The notes under the pieces are model-generated. The model saw only the letters and a program-made list of their open reading frames with translations, did no database searches and was not told where the DNA came from. From Octopus sinensis (taxonomy: Eukaryota), in contig NC_043003.1 in the NCBI RefSeq assembly GCF_006345805.1, forward strand, positions 25,234,001 through 25,298,000: DNA of 64,000 bases, given 5' to 3'. Positions within the stretch are counted from its first letter, which is position 1. Every line of letters begins with the position of its first letter. The position numbers and the translations under genes are program-made. Of the stretch, positions 51,370-64,000 are shown in pieces.

Positions 51370-51783
51370 GTATCCCGTGTTCTACTAGCATTACTTGAAG
51401 CTCCATTCGTCTTGTTTTTTGTTTCTTTTTTTTTCACACAAAGTCTATAGAAATTTATTCACCGAGTCAAAATCCCACAACAAATGTCTTTCACCTTCCC
51501 TTGTGCAGGAGCGTGTTAAAAATACCCAAACGCGCGCGCATTATGTCTGTATTTATATCTGTATGTTTGTATGCATATGTGTGTGTGTGTATATACACAC
51601 ATGTAGGTATGTACTTATACATATATAAATACATACATATATGCGTGTGTGTGTGCGTTGTGTGTGTGTGTGTGTGTGCGCGCGCGCGCGCGTGTATGTG
51701 CATGTATGTGAAATAAAATGCTGTTTTTCTATATTTTTGAAAATTCAAAACAATGCGAGTTATAAAGAATAAATCGATTGTTT

Positions 51784-51825
51784 GTTCTCGATATTTCGGG
51801 GTTAAGAACTCCTCTTCAGGAAAAC
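51784..51825 (-). ncRNA. Type I hammerhead ribozyme with intact core
   Basis: Minus strand: GTTTTC-CTGAAGA-GGAGTTCTTAACCCC-GAAATATC-GAGAAC; 6-bp stem I, palindromic ATAT stem III, AUC site. Confidence 0.75.
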
Positions 51826-53235
51826 GCAATCGAAGATTTGGTGTTGCGAGTTATCTTTTCTCTGTCCAAATATACGATAAAAATACACACCATTCACTTC
51901 TCTTACTTCTGGTAAATCGCATTATTTTCCTTTTTTCAAAGATATTAAAACATTTACTATATGTCACACACACACACACACACACAAACATACACACACA
52001 CATACATATATACATACATGCATACATACATACATACATACAAACATATATATAGGGAGAATTCACAAAAAAACAAAAGACGAAGATAGGTGATGTAGAC
52101 AACAAACAGATGTATTAGTATATCGCTCGGGAAGTGAAAAAGTCTTTAACGTTTCGAGCCTACGCTCCTCCACAGAAAGGAACACAGAAAGAAACAAGGA
52201 TATATATATATATATATATATATTGCAAATAAGAAAATGGAGGAGAACAATACTTGGTTCATCAACTTTAGGACATTAAAAATGTTAACTTATTTATTTA
52301 TTAAAATGATAATTATAATAACATACATACATATAGCGTATTATTCTATCCATATAAGATAAGGATACCATTAATTATTTAAAAAATATGAATATAAATT
52401 AGTAATATAACTTACAGCTGTTTCACCCCAGATAAAAGTATCTCATTCTGCCTATATTAGTCAAGTGTATTGAGGTAATAGGCAGATGAAAATGAGGTAC
52501 TTCGTCAGAGATTATAAAGTACAATAATAAATATATATATATGAAACACCGAGAAACAATGACTCATTTAGAACGGTAGTGAAAAATACCTTCACACTGC
52601 TCTACTCTAAGAATATAATAAGCTTAAATACATTGCACTTTAATGAATTAGACTTAAATACATGACAGTACATAATCAGGACGACTATTAATGCTATATC
52701 TTGATAAGCTACAGCTAAATATAGTGATTTAGTTTCCAAGGTCTTTGAGTGGTCGATACATCTTCTCTACTGAGTGGCACTGAGATTTGTAAGACCAGGT
52801 CAACACGACGGGGGATAGAGAAGGATTCAGTGAATGACCATGATGTCTTACTTAGCTCATCATACTTTCTGCACTCCACAATGCGTTGCTGCAGCCAGTT
52901 TCCCATCCGTTGAACCATGAAAGTTTCTTCTGCAGAGTCCACCAGATTCAGGTTTTACATGCATAGGTAGACAAGCTCAACTCATCAAGAGTTACAAACC
53001 CGTTGGCCACCCCCACCTGTGTTACTCCCTAGTCGAAACGGTTTATCAGGTTTTGACCGCAGTTGTATGCAAACAGCTACTTGGTGCTACAAGTAAGAGT
53101 TGGGTGCTAGGTTGAGACCAGAACAGACAAACCAACCCTAAGATTGCAACGTGTTCCCCCATCAAATGTGCTACCCCTCCCTGACAATCCATACACACCA
53201 CATATATTTACCTAAGTCTGCATATATCATATATA

Positions 53236-53800
53236 TTGGGTTGTCCGGAAAGTTCGTGCCGATTTATAGTCGCTTACCTTTCGACTTATTTTAGAACATG
53301 GTTGAGTCAATAAAATAGAATTTGACTACACCTCCATTTAGAAAACAGTTTAAGCTATCTTTTCGTGGAAGAAGGTTTATGTTCCTATAACCTGTGTTAA
53401 TTCTGTAACCCTTTAAAATGGAAGATAAGAAATGTCATTTTCGGCACTTGATGCTTTGGGAACCAGAAAAAATTGCTGCAGCTCGGCTGGGATGTGTTAC
53501 CCCATCCTCCATATCCACCAGATATTGCTCCTTCGGATTTCCACTTATTCAGGTCTCTGCAGAATAGTCTTAACAGTAAAAATTTCAATTCCTTGGATGA
53601 CGTAAAAAGATATCTTGATGAATTCTTTGCCATGAAACCACCTCAATTCTGGGAAGAGGGTATTTTCAAGTTAAAGGAAAGATGGAGACGCATTGTGCAA
53701 CAAAGTGGTTCATATTTGGTTGATTAAAAATGTAATGGCAAGTATTTATTGACCTTTTTCTTTCCTTCAAATATCGGCACGAACTTTCCGGACAACCCAA
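53236..53800 (+). mobile_element. Internally deleted mariner element (565 bp)
   Basis: TA-flanked TIRs TTGGGTTGTCCGGAAAGTTCGTGCCGAT / ATCGGCACGAACTTTCCGGACAACCCAA; ORF 53473-53727 with WDVLPHPPYPPDIAPSDFHLFRSL. Confidence 0.93.
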
Positions 53801-55587
53801 TATAAATTTATGTACATACAAATACGTATGCACGCACGCACGAACACACATAGACAGACAGACAGACATATGTATGTACAACGCAATTACATGAACAATG
53901 CTTGGTGACTGGTGACTTCCTATATCTGCAATGTGCTTGGATTTGTATACATTGTTTATAGTAGATTAAGCTCTTGTGTCATACGTAAATCACCATCTTA
54001 ATACCCAACTTGTTGTTGTGCAACCTTTGCTACGATACAAATGCGCAAAGGATCGATGAATAAATTTTCGGTATGTTTTGGTTATATCTTTCAAGCCTTT
54101 GTTGATCAAAGCATAGCCGTATTGATGACTGAATCACGAAGTAAATGTACCAAATTATACATTGGCTGGCGAAAGAAAATAGACTTGTCCAGAGATGCAA
54201 CTCGGTTTAAAACAATGGTTTAGTTAGCGTTAACATATACAGGGAGGAATAAAAAAATAGTGTAACCAGCAAAAAAATAATGATAATAATAAATAATAAA
54301 CAATTGTTACTTATTCAATCAGCACACGTTTATCGTTAATTAGCTTTTTAATGTCTCACTACATTAAATATTTAGCACTAATTAATAGTTAATTATTGTT
54401 TTATTGATGTCATTGTTGTTGGTGGTGTTGTTTCCGTGTGAATGGTGCCTTTGAATAATTTTCTATATACTACATATTGCATTAAAAGTACCAGAAGTTG
54501 GTGAAAAACTGCTAGGAGAATGTGTGTAGAACGAGGCATTTCCTTGTGGAAGTTGAGAGTCAAGGGTTTTGCCTTTCCTTGGATGAGGCTTTACAAGAAT
54601 GAGCAGAAAAAAGAGTCATAGATAAAACGAAGAGGCTGATGAAAAAAACGTCTAAATTGCTCTAGTTGAAGAGAGATGAGCAATGGTGTTAGCAGAATGC
54701 CGCTTGTCTAGGCCTGATCAACCTAGGTAGGTTGGGTCACCTGAACGGTGGTGTATATTGTAAGATCTGAAACACCCAGTTGAATCCAAAATACAACACA
54801 GAAGATGGGTCCAAGTAATACATCTGTAGATGTGTATAGAACTATAAATCTGATTACAGTTGGGACGTCTGGATGAGGGTGTATGGTGTATGTTGTATGA
54901 CCCGAAACCCCTGGAGATCTCGGGATACAATACTAATGATGTATCCAAGTATTGCATTTGTAGTGTTCTGTTGAACTAATATATCTATAATACATTAAAG
55001 TCACTTTCAATCTTGCTTGCTTGCTTGTAATGTTACTCGGCGAAACTGGCGCATAATGGGAAAATACCATGAATTAAAGTTACCCTGAAATGTTAATACG
55101 AATCGAATGAAACAAGTTTCATGTAAATCGGTAAAGTAGTTTTCAAGATATTAGAGATTTTCAGGGTATAAATAACCAAAACGGTGCATAATAGGAAAAT
55201 GTTACGAAAATAGTCTTCATCTTCTTATCTTTCTATTAGTGAGTTGACAACGAAAAAAAAAACGATTCTTTTTACAATTTCTTGTAGCTTTTGTTAAACA
55301 CAATATTTTAATCATTTAGAAATATTTTTAAGTGAATGTGATTTCAAAAATGTAAGCTGTTTGTACAGTAAGTATGCATATTTTAGCTTTCTTTAAACAG
55401 ACAATATTTTTATGTTTTTTAAAATTATTTTCAAGTGAATATTACAAAAATTTGGGGGGACATATTAAAAAATTTTCTAAAGTGAAAATGACTTTAAAAA
55501 TCTGTAGATATTTCGTAAAGGACCGTTCGTAACCTCAGTGTGAAATAGTTTTTTTTTTCAAGTGCATTCAACGTATCTCCCCTCCAA

Positions 55588-55703
55588 AGATTTTGGCTGC
55601 TATTTCTAGCACGCCCTGCTACCACGTAACAGCTATTTGCTATAAAAGACCTGAAATACATGTTACATTGTAGCAGGGCGTGCAAGAAATAGTAGCCAAA
55701 TCT
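55588..55703. repeat. Imperfect inverted repeat (about 44-bp arms, about 29-nt loop)
   Basis: AGATTTTGGCTGCTATTTCTAGCACGCCCTGCTACCACGTAACA / TGTTACATTGTAGCAGGGCGTGCAAGAAATAGTAGCCAAATCT. Confidence 0.85.
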
Positions 55704-57631
55704 TTCCAACCCACGAAGCAACTTCTGTTACTGGGAAACTCAGAGTTTCCCGGTGACCCAACAGATCACGGGTAGTCTAGCATATTGCTAAACGTCGTTG
55801 AGAGTTATCCCCCCTGTAACTTTAACGTACTACTCTTTCAATAGATTTTCGATGTAGAAAATTTAATTATCTAATAAGTGTTTACAATATCTAACCTGGA
55901 TGTTAATGTGGAGTAAGGTGTTTAGTCTTCATCCGGTCACTAACAAAATATTTCTAAATCAGGTACGCTAAGATCCTCAAACGTATCAGTATACAACACA
56001 TCCAGCTGAACTTACAAACATAACAGTATGTTTCCACCGAGCAATGAATCAAATAATCTCACAGAATTACCTCATATCTACTTATTCATATCTATATGAC
56101 ATTATTGTAAGCTGTGATTCTATTGGAGATCATAACAGAAATTTTGAAATATTTCTGTCCTATGTAAAAGTTCCGAACATGACTCTTATCAGTATAGAAA
56201 GAGCATCAATTTTCTAGTATCTCGAAACACAAAATAACTGTTCGTGGTAGGTTGTTTCCCCTTAAATGTCTTTACCATCCCAACATCTAACAAGCAAGTT
56301 ATCTTTTGGTGAAAGGTAACTAATATGAGTGAAATATGTAGTGAAAAATACCTTCTAGAGGAGTTGGAGGGCGCCCAAATCTGAGCTGAACGATAGATAA
56401 GGGAGCACTAACTAGCAGCAGCAGCAGAAGAAGATCCAGTGCTTATCAATCGCATAAACGATGAGATGCAGTGTTGTCTAGACAGGATTTGAATTCAGAT
56501 CGCAGAGAATCGGATATTGAATACCGAAAAGCATTATATTTAACACTCTAACGACCCTGCCATTTAGACACCTCATAGCGTAGTTTATTAGTTTTAGAAA
56601 ATATAAACGTATATCTTTTGTAACATCTTTTGTGAAGAATATTTTTCCTACATTTAACTTTAGTTTAATAACCCGAAAGTTTATCTTCATGAAACAAAAG
56701 AGATAATAGTGAACTTTTATTATTATTTTTGTTGTTGTTGAGTGCATGCCATCAAAGTGACACTGGGGTAAAATATACGAAATCCAGTATATCCATCATG
56801 ACTACCCGTCTGATAAGGGTACACTAAGCACATGCATCACAACCATATGTGCGTGACATGATCTCATATCAAGATAAACAACACATGACCTTGCAGGTGG
56901 GACCAAGTTAGAATTTTCTTCTGGTCGAGTAACTCATCCCGCTCAAAAGGTCCCTGAATAAGGGTTGTTTAAGGGTGTTGAACGAAATACCCATGTTTCC
57001 AGAGGTGAATTATTCAAACCTTTAAGAATTCCTTTCAAAACATGGCTATGATGCTGTCCCACTACTTCTGCTCGTGATCAGAGATGCACATATCGTCAGC
57101 CACTAAGGGACACGCTCAACTGGTTATAGTCAAACAACTGACAAGCAATTCTGTGGTATTGCGCAAAATATTTGCTGTAGCCCATCTTTTATTATTAATA
57201 TTATTATTAATATTATTATTCATAAATAATACTAGCAGATGCCGAAACTTCACCAATTTTCATTCCTTCATAACAATGTAACAAAATACTTTACCTTCAA
57301 ATGTTTTTTTACGCGAATTACATTTACTATTCATTGGTGGTTCTTCAAATTTTCAAAAGTAAAAATTGAAAACAGCTTCTTGGAATTGTTATGCCAGATA
57401 TTTTATTTGATATCTATAAAAATTTCATATTAACCAAGCTTTTGTTCGACCATAACTATCCACCAATTCAATAGTCATGGAATGAAGGTGATAAAGTATT
57501 TTTATTTAATGTTGCCTTCGTTCACCAATATAATGTTAGAAGTACGAAAAGCAAAGTTGATTTCGGTGAAATCTGGATTCATAATGTAAAGGGCTACACT
57601 AAATACAAGGAATTTTATTCGACACTCTACT

Positions 57632-57866
57632 ATTTGTTATTTCTTTTACTGCATACAAGGGGCTACACACAGAGGGGACAAACAAGGACAAACGGATTAA
57701 GTCGATTATATCGACCCCAGTGCATAACTGGTATTTATTTAATCGACCCCCGAAAGGATAAAAGGCAAAGTCGACCTTGGCGGAATTTGAACTCAGAACG
57801 TAGCGACAGACGAAATGCCGCTAAGAATTTCGCCCAGTGTGCTATCGTTTCTGCCTGCTCGCCGCC
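57632..57866 (-). mobile_element. SINE family B
   Basis: Reverse complement of 8248-8470. Confidence 0.85.
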
Positions 57867-58482
57867 TTTAAAACTCTACTATTTGTGTCATTCTATTGAC
57901 ATTTACCTGAACAACTGATCTTTCCCTCTATCTAGTGTCATACAAATAGCCTCATATCCAGTTATATGTCCCTAATTATCTGTGACGGCTGATAGTTAAA
58001 TACCCTGTACTACCTACCAGGAGAGACACAAGAAGTGCGACTAGTCTAGAATTTAAACATGCCTAAACAAACCCACCAGTCTACTGTAAGTTTTCGTGTC
58101 TCATCTAACTATGCATAATGAGTTCTTTTAGCATCATTACGGGGAGATACAGTTTCTGAACCATTGTGAAGATAGTCCGTCTGGGATATCGAACTCACTG
58201 AACAAACACAAAATATGGACAAATGCATATGAATAGGTTTCACACGAACCCACAAATGCAGCCCTTGTAAAAGAACAATGACTGAATAAAATTCTGCATG
58301 AGGGAGATATGGACTCTGGAAGCTGTAGTGAGGACCGTTAGTCTTGAATAATAATATTTATGAATAAATATTTGCACACAGAAGACAGAATCTGCAAGTC
58401 ACGGTGAAGGCAACCATTCAAGAAGAACAGCAACTCTGAATAAAACTGATTTAGTAGCGTGACTGGCACTTCGTCAGTTAGG

Positions 58483-58769
58483 ACAACGAGGGTCCCAGTT
58501 CAACGGAACAGTTCCATTCAACGGGACAGCCTACTCGTGCAATAAATGCGCAAATGGTTGAACCCGCCACAGACACGCGTACTTTTAACATAGTTCTCAG
58601 GGAAATTCAGCGTGACACAGAATGTGGCAAGGCTGACTCTTGAATTACAGGTACTACTAATTTTTCCAGTTGAGTGTATTGGGGCAAGTGTCTTGCTCCA
58701 GGACACAATGCGCCGCCGGGAATCAAACTCACGACCTTATGATCATGAGCCGAATGCCCTAACCACTAA
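58483..58769 (-). mobile_element. SINE family D'
   Basis: Reverse complement of 42237-42552. Confidence 0.8.
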
Positions 58770-59241
58770 AGGCGGCACGATAAAATGCACTTAGTCTGTG
58801 AGGTGAAGTGGTTGGTCATAGGAAGGACACCCAGCTGTAAAAAAGCAACCGTCAAATCAATGAAAAAAGTCTATTTATTCTATACAGAGCTAACATTTAC
58901 CATTGTAGTGCTGCGCATAGTAGTAGTGTGGTTATGTATAAAAACACCGGAGTAGGAATATTGTTGATAGTGAAATGGATATAGAAAAAGTAATAGTTAT
59001 TCAGAATGTGTAACAAAATAAATTTAGCCTAGAATATCCATAGGCAACACATCAACTGGTCTCTGCATATGAACCACAAATCGAGAAAATCTGTAGCCCA
59101 AATTTGATCTTGAAGAAGACTTTTGACAGAGGTAGTGTTAAGGGAGGCAACTCATCATTAATCACCTCCCTTGCAAGAGAAAAGCTCGCTAGGAAAAAGA
59201 CTTGTTCGATATCAATCGTTTCACGAATATTGTTTTTCCTA

Positions 59242-59457
59242 AGGCGGCGAGCTGGCAGAAATGTTAGCACGCTGGGCGAAATGCTTAGCAGTATTTCATC
59301 TGCCGCTACGTTCTGAGTTCAAATTCCGCCGATGTCGACTATATCTTTCATCCTTTCGGGGTCGATAAATTAAGTACCAGTTACGCACTGGGCCGATGTA
59401 ATCGACTTAATCCGTTTGTCTGTCCTTATTTGTCCCCTCTCTGTTTAACCCCTTGTG
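59242..59457 (+). mobile_element. SINE family B
   Basis: Matches 11018-11252. Confidence 0.85.
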
Positions 59458-59900
59458 CGTGCGTGTGTGTTTTGTAGCGACGGAATCAGCTTCGAAGGAA
59501 TGGATAAGTGTGTCTTCGTCGGAGATGTTTGGTTTGCTTTGGTTTCGTTATGAAATTCTACCCCAACATTAGTTGAGTAGAATTCTTCAATCAGCAGACC
59601 ATGTCCAAACTCAGACCAACAAAAGCTTATTTTAATCAATGAAGACGACATATAAACTTCATATGTTTACATACTTGCTTCAAGAATGATACAAACATCT
59701 TATACCTTATCATCAAACTATATTGTTGACAATCGCAAGACAAAAAAAGGAAGTGACGTGACTAGGGACTGCTGCAAAACTGGAGATATTCGGCGAACGT
59801 GTCCGAATACAACAAACAACAAACTTTTAGCAAAGATTTTTTTGGAGATCCCTATGTTTTCAACAACGGAGATTACGATTTCGCTGAAAGAAGCCCGTCG

Positions 59901-59973
<73 letters not shown>

Positions 59974-60582
59974 TTGTCCCCCAGCATCGCTTGACAACCG
60001 ATGCTGGTGTGTTTACATCCCTGTAACTTAGCGGTTCGACAAAAAGAGACCGATAGAATAAGTACTAGGCTTACAAAGAGTAAGTCATGGAGTCGATTTG
60101 CTCGACTGAAGGCGGTGCTCCAGCATGGCCGCAGTCTAATGACTGAAACAAGTAAGAGTAAAAAAGAGTAACATTTAAATTCCCCATCCTTACCCACCCA
60201 ATTTTTTCCTCCTTTTCTTTTATTCTTTTATTTGTTTGACAGCAGCCTTAAAATGTTTTGGTCGAAGAAATTGACCACAGGACTTATTCTATGTAAGTCT
60301 AATACTTATTCGATCTCTTTGACGAACTGCTAAGCTGCAGGGACGTAAACATACTAACAACAGTTTCAAGCGATGATGGAGGTCAAACACAGATGCATAA
60401 ATATATACATGTATATACGACGGGCTTCTTTCAGTTTCTGTCATCAAAATCTACTTAAAAGGCTTTGGTCGACCTGAGGCTATAGTAGAAGAAACTTGCC
60501 CAAGGTATTTTCAGTGTCACACCTTCCTCTGTCACATTGCCATATACTGAGTTCATTTAACTTTTATCACTATGTCACTAAT

Positions 60583-61077
60583 ACAGTTCTATATTTAAGA
60601 GATGAGGAACTATGTGCATTATTTACATTCAACAGCTATTTGTCCTCATCTTGTTTGTTGCTAACACAACGTTTTAGCTAATATACCCTCCAGCTTCTTC
60701 GGGTGTTTTGGGGAAATTTCAAACCTGGGTTCTCATTCCTAAGGTATTTTTCGATGCTATTATTATTATTATTATTATTGTTGTTCAGGTCACTGCTTGG
60801 AATCGAGATTAGTAGCCCGCGCTCTTAACCACTTAGCCATAACCCATGGGCATATGGTGCAGTGGTTAAGAGCGCAGGCTACTAACCCCAAGATTCCAAG
60901 CAGTGACCTGAATAATAATAATAATAATAACATTGAAAAATACCTTAGGAATGAGAACCCAGGTTCGAAATTTCCCCAAGACACCTAAAGAAGGCTGGAG
61001 GGTATATCAGCCGAAAAGTTGTGTTAACAATAAACAAGATGAGGACAAATATCCATTGAATGTAAATAATGCACAAA
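60583..61077. mobile_element. Palindromic tRNA-head/hammerhead element, copy 2 (both arms present)
   Basis: Palindrome 60613-61075 centred on CCCA|TGGG (60846/60847); flanking direct repeat GTCACTAAT (60574-60582, 61078-61086); about 30-bp left-only extension. Confidence 0.88.
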
Positions 61078-61839
61078 GTCACTAATCTCTAGTCTGAGTG
61101 GTACTTTTTTCTTTGCTGGGAAAAAGATTTAGTATATGCAACCCAGTCTATCCTATTTCCTGATGAATATGAAGACTATCCAGTATATATATACATTCAC
61201 TCAAGTGACAAGTGATCAGGTTGTTAACCAATTCCTGAAGTTAATGAAGCAAACACTAATTAAGTTATTTATATCACAAGACTCGAAAGCCCTTAACTCT
61301 TCATCATTCTTCATACAAATGGTATAGAGCCTCCAGGTGTCAAAATAGCCATCCTGATGCTGTCCAACATATCCATTAAGTCTCTATGATAATGAGGCCA
61401 CTGTCATTTGATAGCAGTGTTGTGCAAGTGCAAGAGAACCTCATAGAAACATTCCTTTAGCTCATCTATCATGACCTACTGTGAACAACAAATTAATCTG
61501 ACAGCTAGTGATCACCGCATATGTACCACAGTCAAGACTGTAATGCATATATCATGACCTCTGTAGCCACTATGTTGCCTATGACTAGTCTAAGCTCAAC
61601 CCTTTAGCCTTCAAATCACTCTGTCAAATGTAATGTTTATTTATCCATATTGTTTTAAATTAATCATGCATTATCTTGTAGCTTTTAAGGATGTGATTGC
61701 ATATTTCTAGAATATGGTAGGCTTGGTGTGAGAGGTCAGACCTGGCCAGTTTGAACATAAAACAGGTAGAATATTTGGGCCAGCTTATATGCTAAAGAGT
61801 TAAAGTTTAATTATCCCATCAACTAATTTCCTACAATCC

Positions 61840-62130
61840 AAACATACATCCAGGATGGCATTCTAGTCATCTACTAGCATTAAAGAATGGGACATCCCAA
61901 GGAAAACCTCCAAATGCCTGAAGAAATCCACTGCCATATTCCAGTCATGGCATACACAGCGACTAGTCTAAAAGTACCATTTCGCTACCATTCATGTCAA
62001 GGGTCCAGGGGGATTGACTGTATCATGAGGCCCAGTCTTTTCTGGAACTGTACCATCACCTTACCACTCCATTCAGGATCAAGTATGTGAAGATCTCAAA
62101 ATCACCAAAAATGGGTGCTAAGGTACGTGT
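61840..62130 (-). pseudogene. L1/Tx1-like APE endonuclease remnant
   Basis: Minus-strand fragments RLVAVYA and DFFRHLEVFLGMSHSLMLVDD*NAILD (approximately GDFN.ILD). Confidence 0.5.
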
Positions 62131-63682
62131 CAGAAATCCTCATCTTGCTGATGGGTATCACATCTAAACCTAGTAACCTGAAATCATTGAGCAAGTGAAC
62201 TTGCTCCCATGGTAACTCCTGACCATGTGCATTTATACTACCCACTCTAAAAATTGCCATTGTTGGCTAGAAAGAAAGGGAGAAAAAGTAGTCACCTACC
62301 TTAAAGTTTTCTGCGAGGCACTCAGGTATGTGAAAATGTTTACTGTATGGTGCTCCTTGGGGAAACCCTGTAGTAGCCTATCTGAGGCTGTGATGCTCAG
62401 ATTCCAAATGTCATGTAAGAAACTCTCTCGTTTCCTTGCAATAACTAATTGATAGCCTGACCAATTTCAGAATATCTAAGACATTAACTGTGTTGTCTTT
62501 AAAGACGCCACTTTCTATCTCATTGTCTCCTCTTTGTTCTATGTAAGAAAGCACTTCAGATCTATTCAGTAATTTAAAATTAAGTGAAAATTTTAAAATT
62601 TGGTATATTGATGTAATTTTTCATGCTGAATCTAAATTTGGGGTTGATTTATTCCAGAAAAATTTAGAAAAATATTACAGAGGTTCAAAGGTTGATCATT
62701 TTCAACCAATCAAACAACAGGAATCGGAAGCTGGCATTTTCTGCATGATAGCTGTCTGTTACAAAATGACTGATAGCAGCAACAAAATAAAAAAGCAAGA
62801 CATTACAAAAATTGTAAGAAGTTTTAATGAATTTTAAGGCATTAAGTCATATGAAATAGCCGAAGAGGCATGTCAACAATTTCAAAAAGAAAAGTTCTCA
62901 ACTAAATTTTTATGCAAAAAATCAAAAAACAAACTGAGGTATTCTGTAAACAATTTGAAATGGAAAAATTTCAATAAATTTCTTTGGCAAAAATTCAAAT
63001 TACAATTTTTGTATTTTCTCTTCACTGCTGCTACTGTTAGTAACTGTATTGATGCACTAAATTCTTTGCTAGCCTTTTCAACGGAAAAACCTTAAATAAA
63101 TATATTTTTTAAAAGTGAATAAACTAAATCTTCAGAAACCAGTCAATTGATCAATTAACAAATTAATTAGTAAAATTTATTTACTAATAAGTAATCAATC
63201 CATGAATAAAAGTTGTGTATCAAGAAATCCTTAAGATTTTTAATGTTTACTTAAAAGTTTACATATCATGTTACAAGGCAGAAACTAAGAAATTTCAAAA
63301 ATAGAGAATTAAAAAGTTAAAATAACTATTGAGGTTTGGGATTCAGCCCCACTGTTGGCCCCTTCAACAAGTGCATGCCACATAAAAAGCACTCAGCCCT
63401 TTCTGTTGGGTGGTTGGTGTTACGAAGGTCTACAGAACCCAATGTTTCATTTGAATAGGTTTCAACAGCTGGATACCATTCCCATCACTAATCACTTTAC
63501 TGAGAGTACCAGAACTAGAAGTTGCCACATACTTGGAAAGACAAGACTGGAGAACCCTTTTAACCATCAACTTTCTCTACTTGCTTGCAGCTATTTTACA
63601 GTATGTACTGGGTGCATTTTTCATAAGACCAGTTCTGTGGTTGACTAGTCCTTGGTGAGAATAAAGGTAAATATAATTATAG

Positions 63683-63940
63683 CAATTGCAGGGTGGAAGG
63701 TATTTATAAGCCATTTAAGAAACACACAAAGATGCAGCACGGAATTTTGTCAGTGAACAGGTTGCAGTCTCAAAGCGATGAAAATATTTTGAAAAATTAA
63801 ATTTAAATGTTGAAATGAATCAAACGGTTTTTGTGTGTTTCTTAAATGGCTTATAAAGACCTTCCACGCTGCAATTGTTTTTGTTCCAGCACACGATCTC
63901 AGATCAGGTCACTTGCTATGCAAGTACATCTCCGTAGCTC
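63683..63940. mobile_element. Foldback element (about 48-bp arms) with right extension and a 13-bp flanking direct repeat
   Basis: Arms at 63683-63730 and 63830-63877; TATAATTATAGCA at 63672-63684 and 63941-63953; degenerate hammerhead-like GCGATGA-stem-GAAA in the loop (63775-63822). Confidence 0.75.
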
Positions 63941-64000
63941 TATAATTATAGCATTTTCTGAGAATGACCAAGATCAGGAATGTCTGAAAAAGCATTTTTG

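Noticed and set aside
52140-52180. Hammerhead on the minus strand (CTGTGGA...GAGC-GTAG-GCTC-GAAACGTT)
   Set aside because: Core A6 is replaced; probably a PLE-end relic, but too altered to call a ribozyme. The same holds for motifs near 49081 and 50597.
54720-54960. Possible CR1 RT C-terminal remnant on the minus strand
   Set aside because: Only weak similarity (AILGYIISIVSR) with many stops; needs a profile search.

Overview
Eukaryotic, AT-rich, microsatellite-saturated genomic DNA. The SINE repertoire and (CATA)n/(TA)n/(GATA)n density suggest a coleoid cephalopod, probably Octopus; this is inference and no database search was run. I found no convincing host protein-coding exon, and almost all long ORFs in the track are microsatellite artefacts. 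Supported content: (1) a tandem pair of U2 snRNA genes on the minus strand with a conserved PSE-position motif and 3' box, where each duplicated unit supplies the empty site for the other's SINE, Helitron or TIR-MITE insertion; (2) a young, near full-length Penelope-like (Neptune-type) RT + GIY-YIG retroelement between two ~493-bp pseudo-LTRs, each with a hammerhead motif, inserted in (TA)n; (3) a dozen or more further hammerhead-like motifs, many inside a recurring architecture of inverted arm, hammerhead, inverted arm and one-sided extension, sitting in (TA)n or between short direct repeats; (4) two copies of a palindromic non-coding element with tRNA-derived Pol III head(s) at the centre and hammerheads in both arms, the best candidate for an undescribed system; (5) many tRNA-derived SINEs of at least four families, mariner and maT remnants, a hAT/Buster remnant, non-autonomous Helitrons, and CR1, RTE, R4/Dong-like and L1/Tx1-like LINE fragments. 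There is a 100-N assembly gap at 6249-6348. Boundaries of degenerate repeats are approximate.
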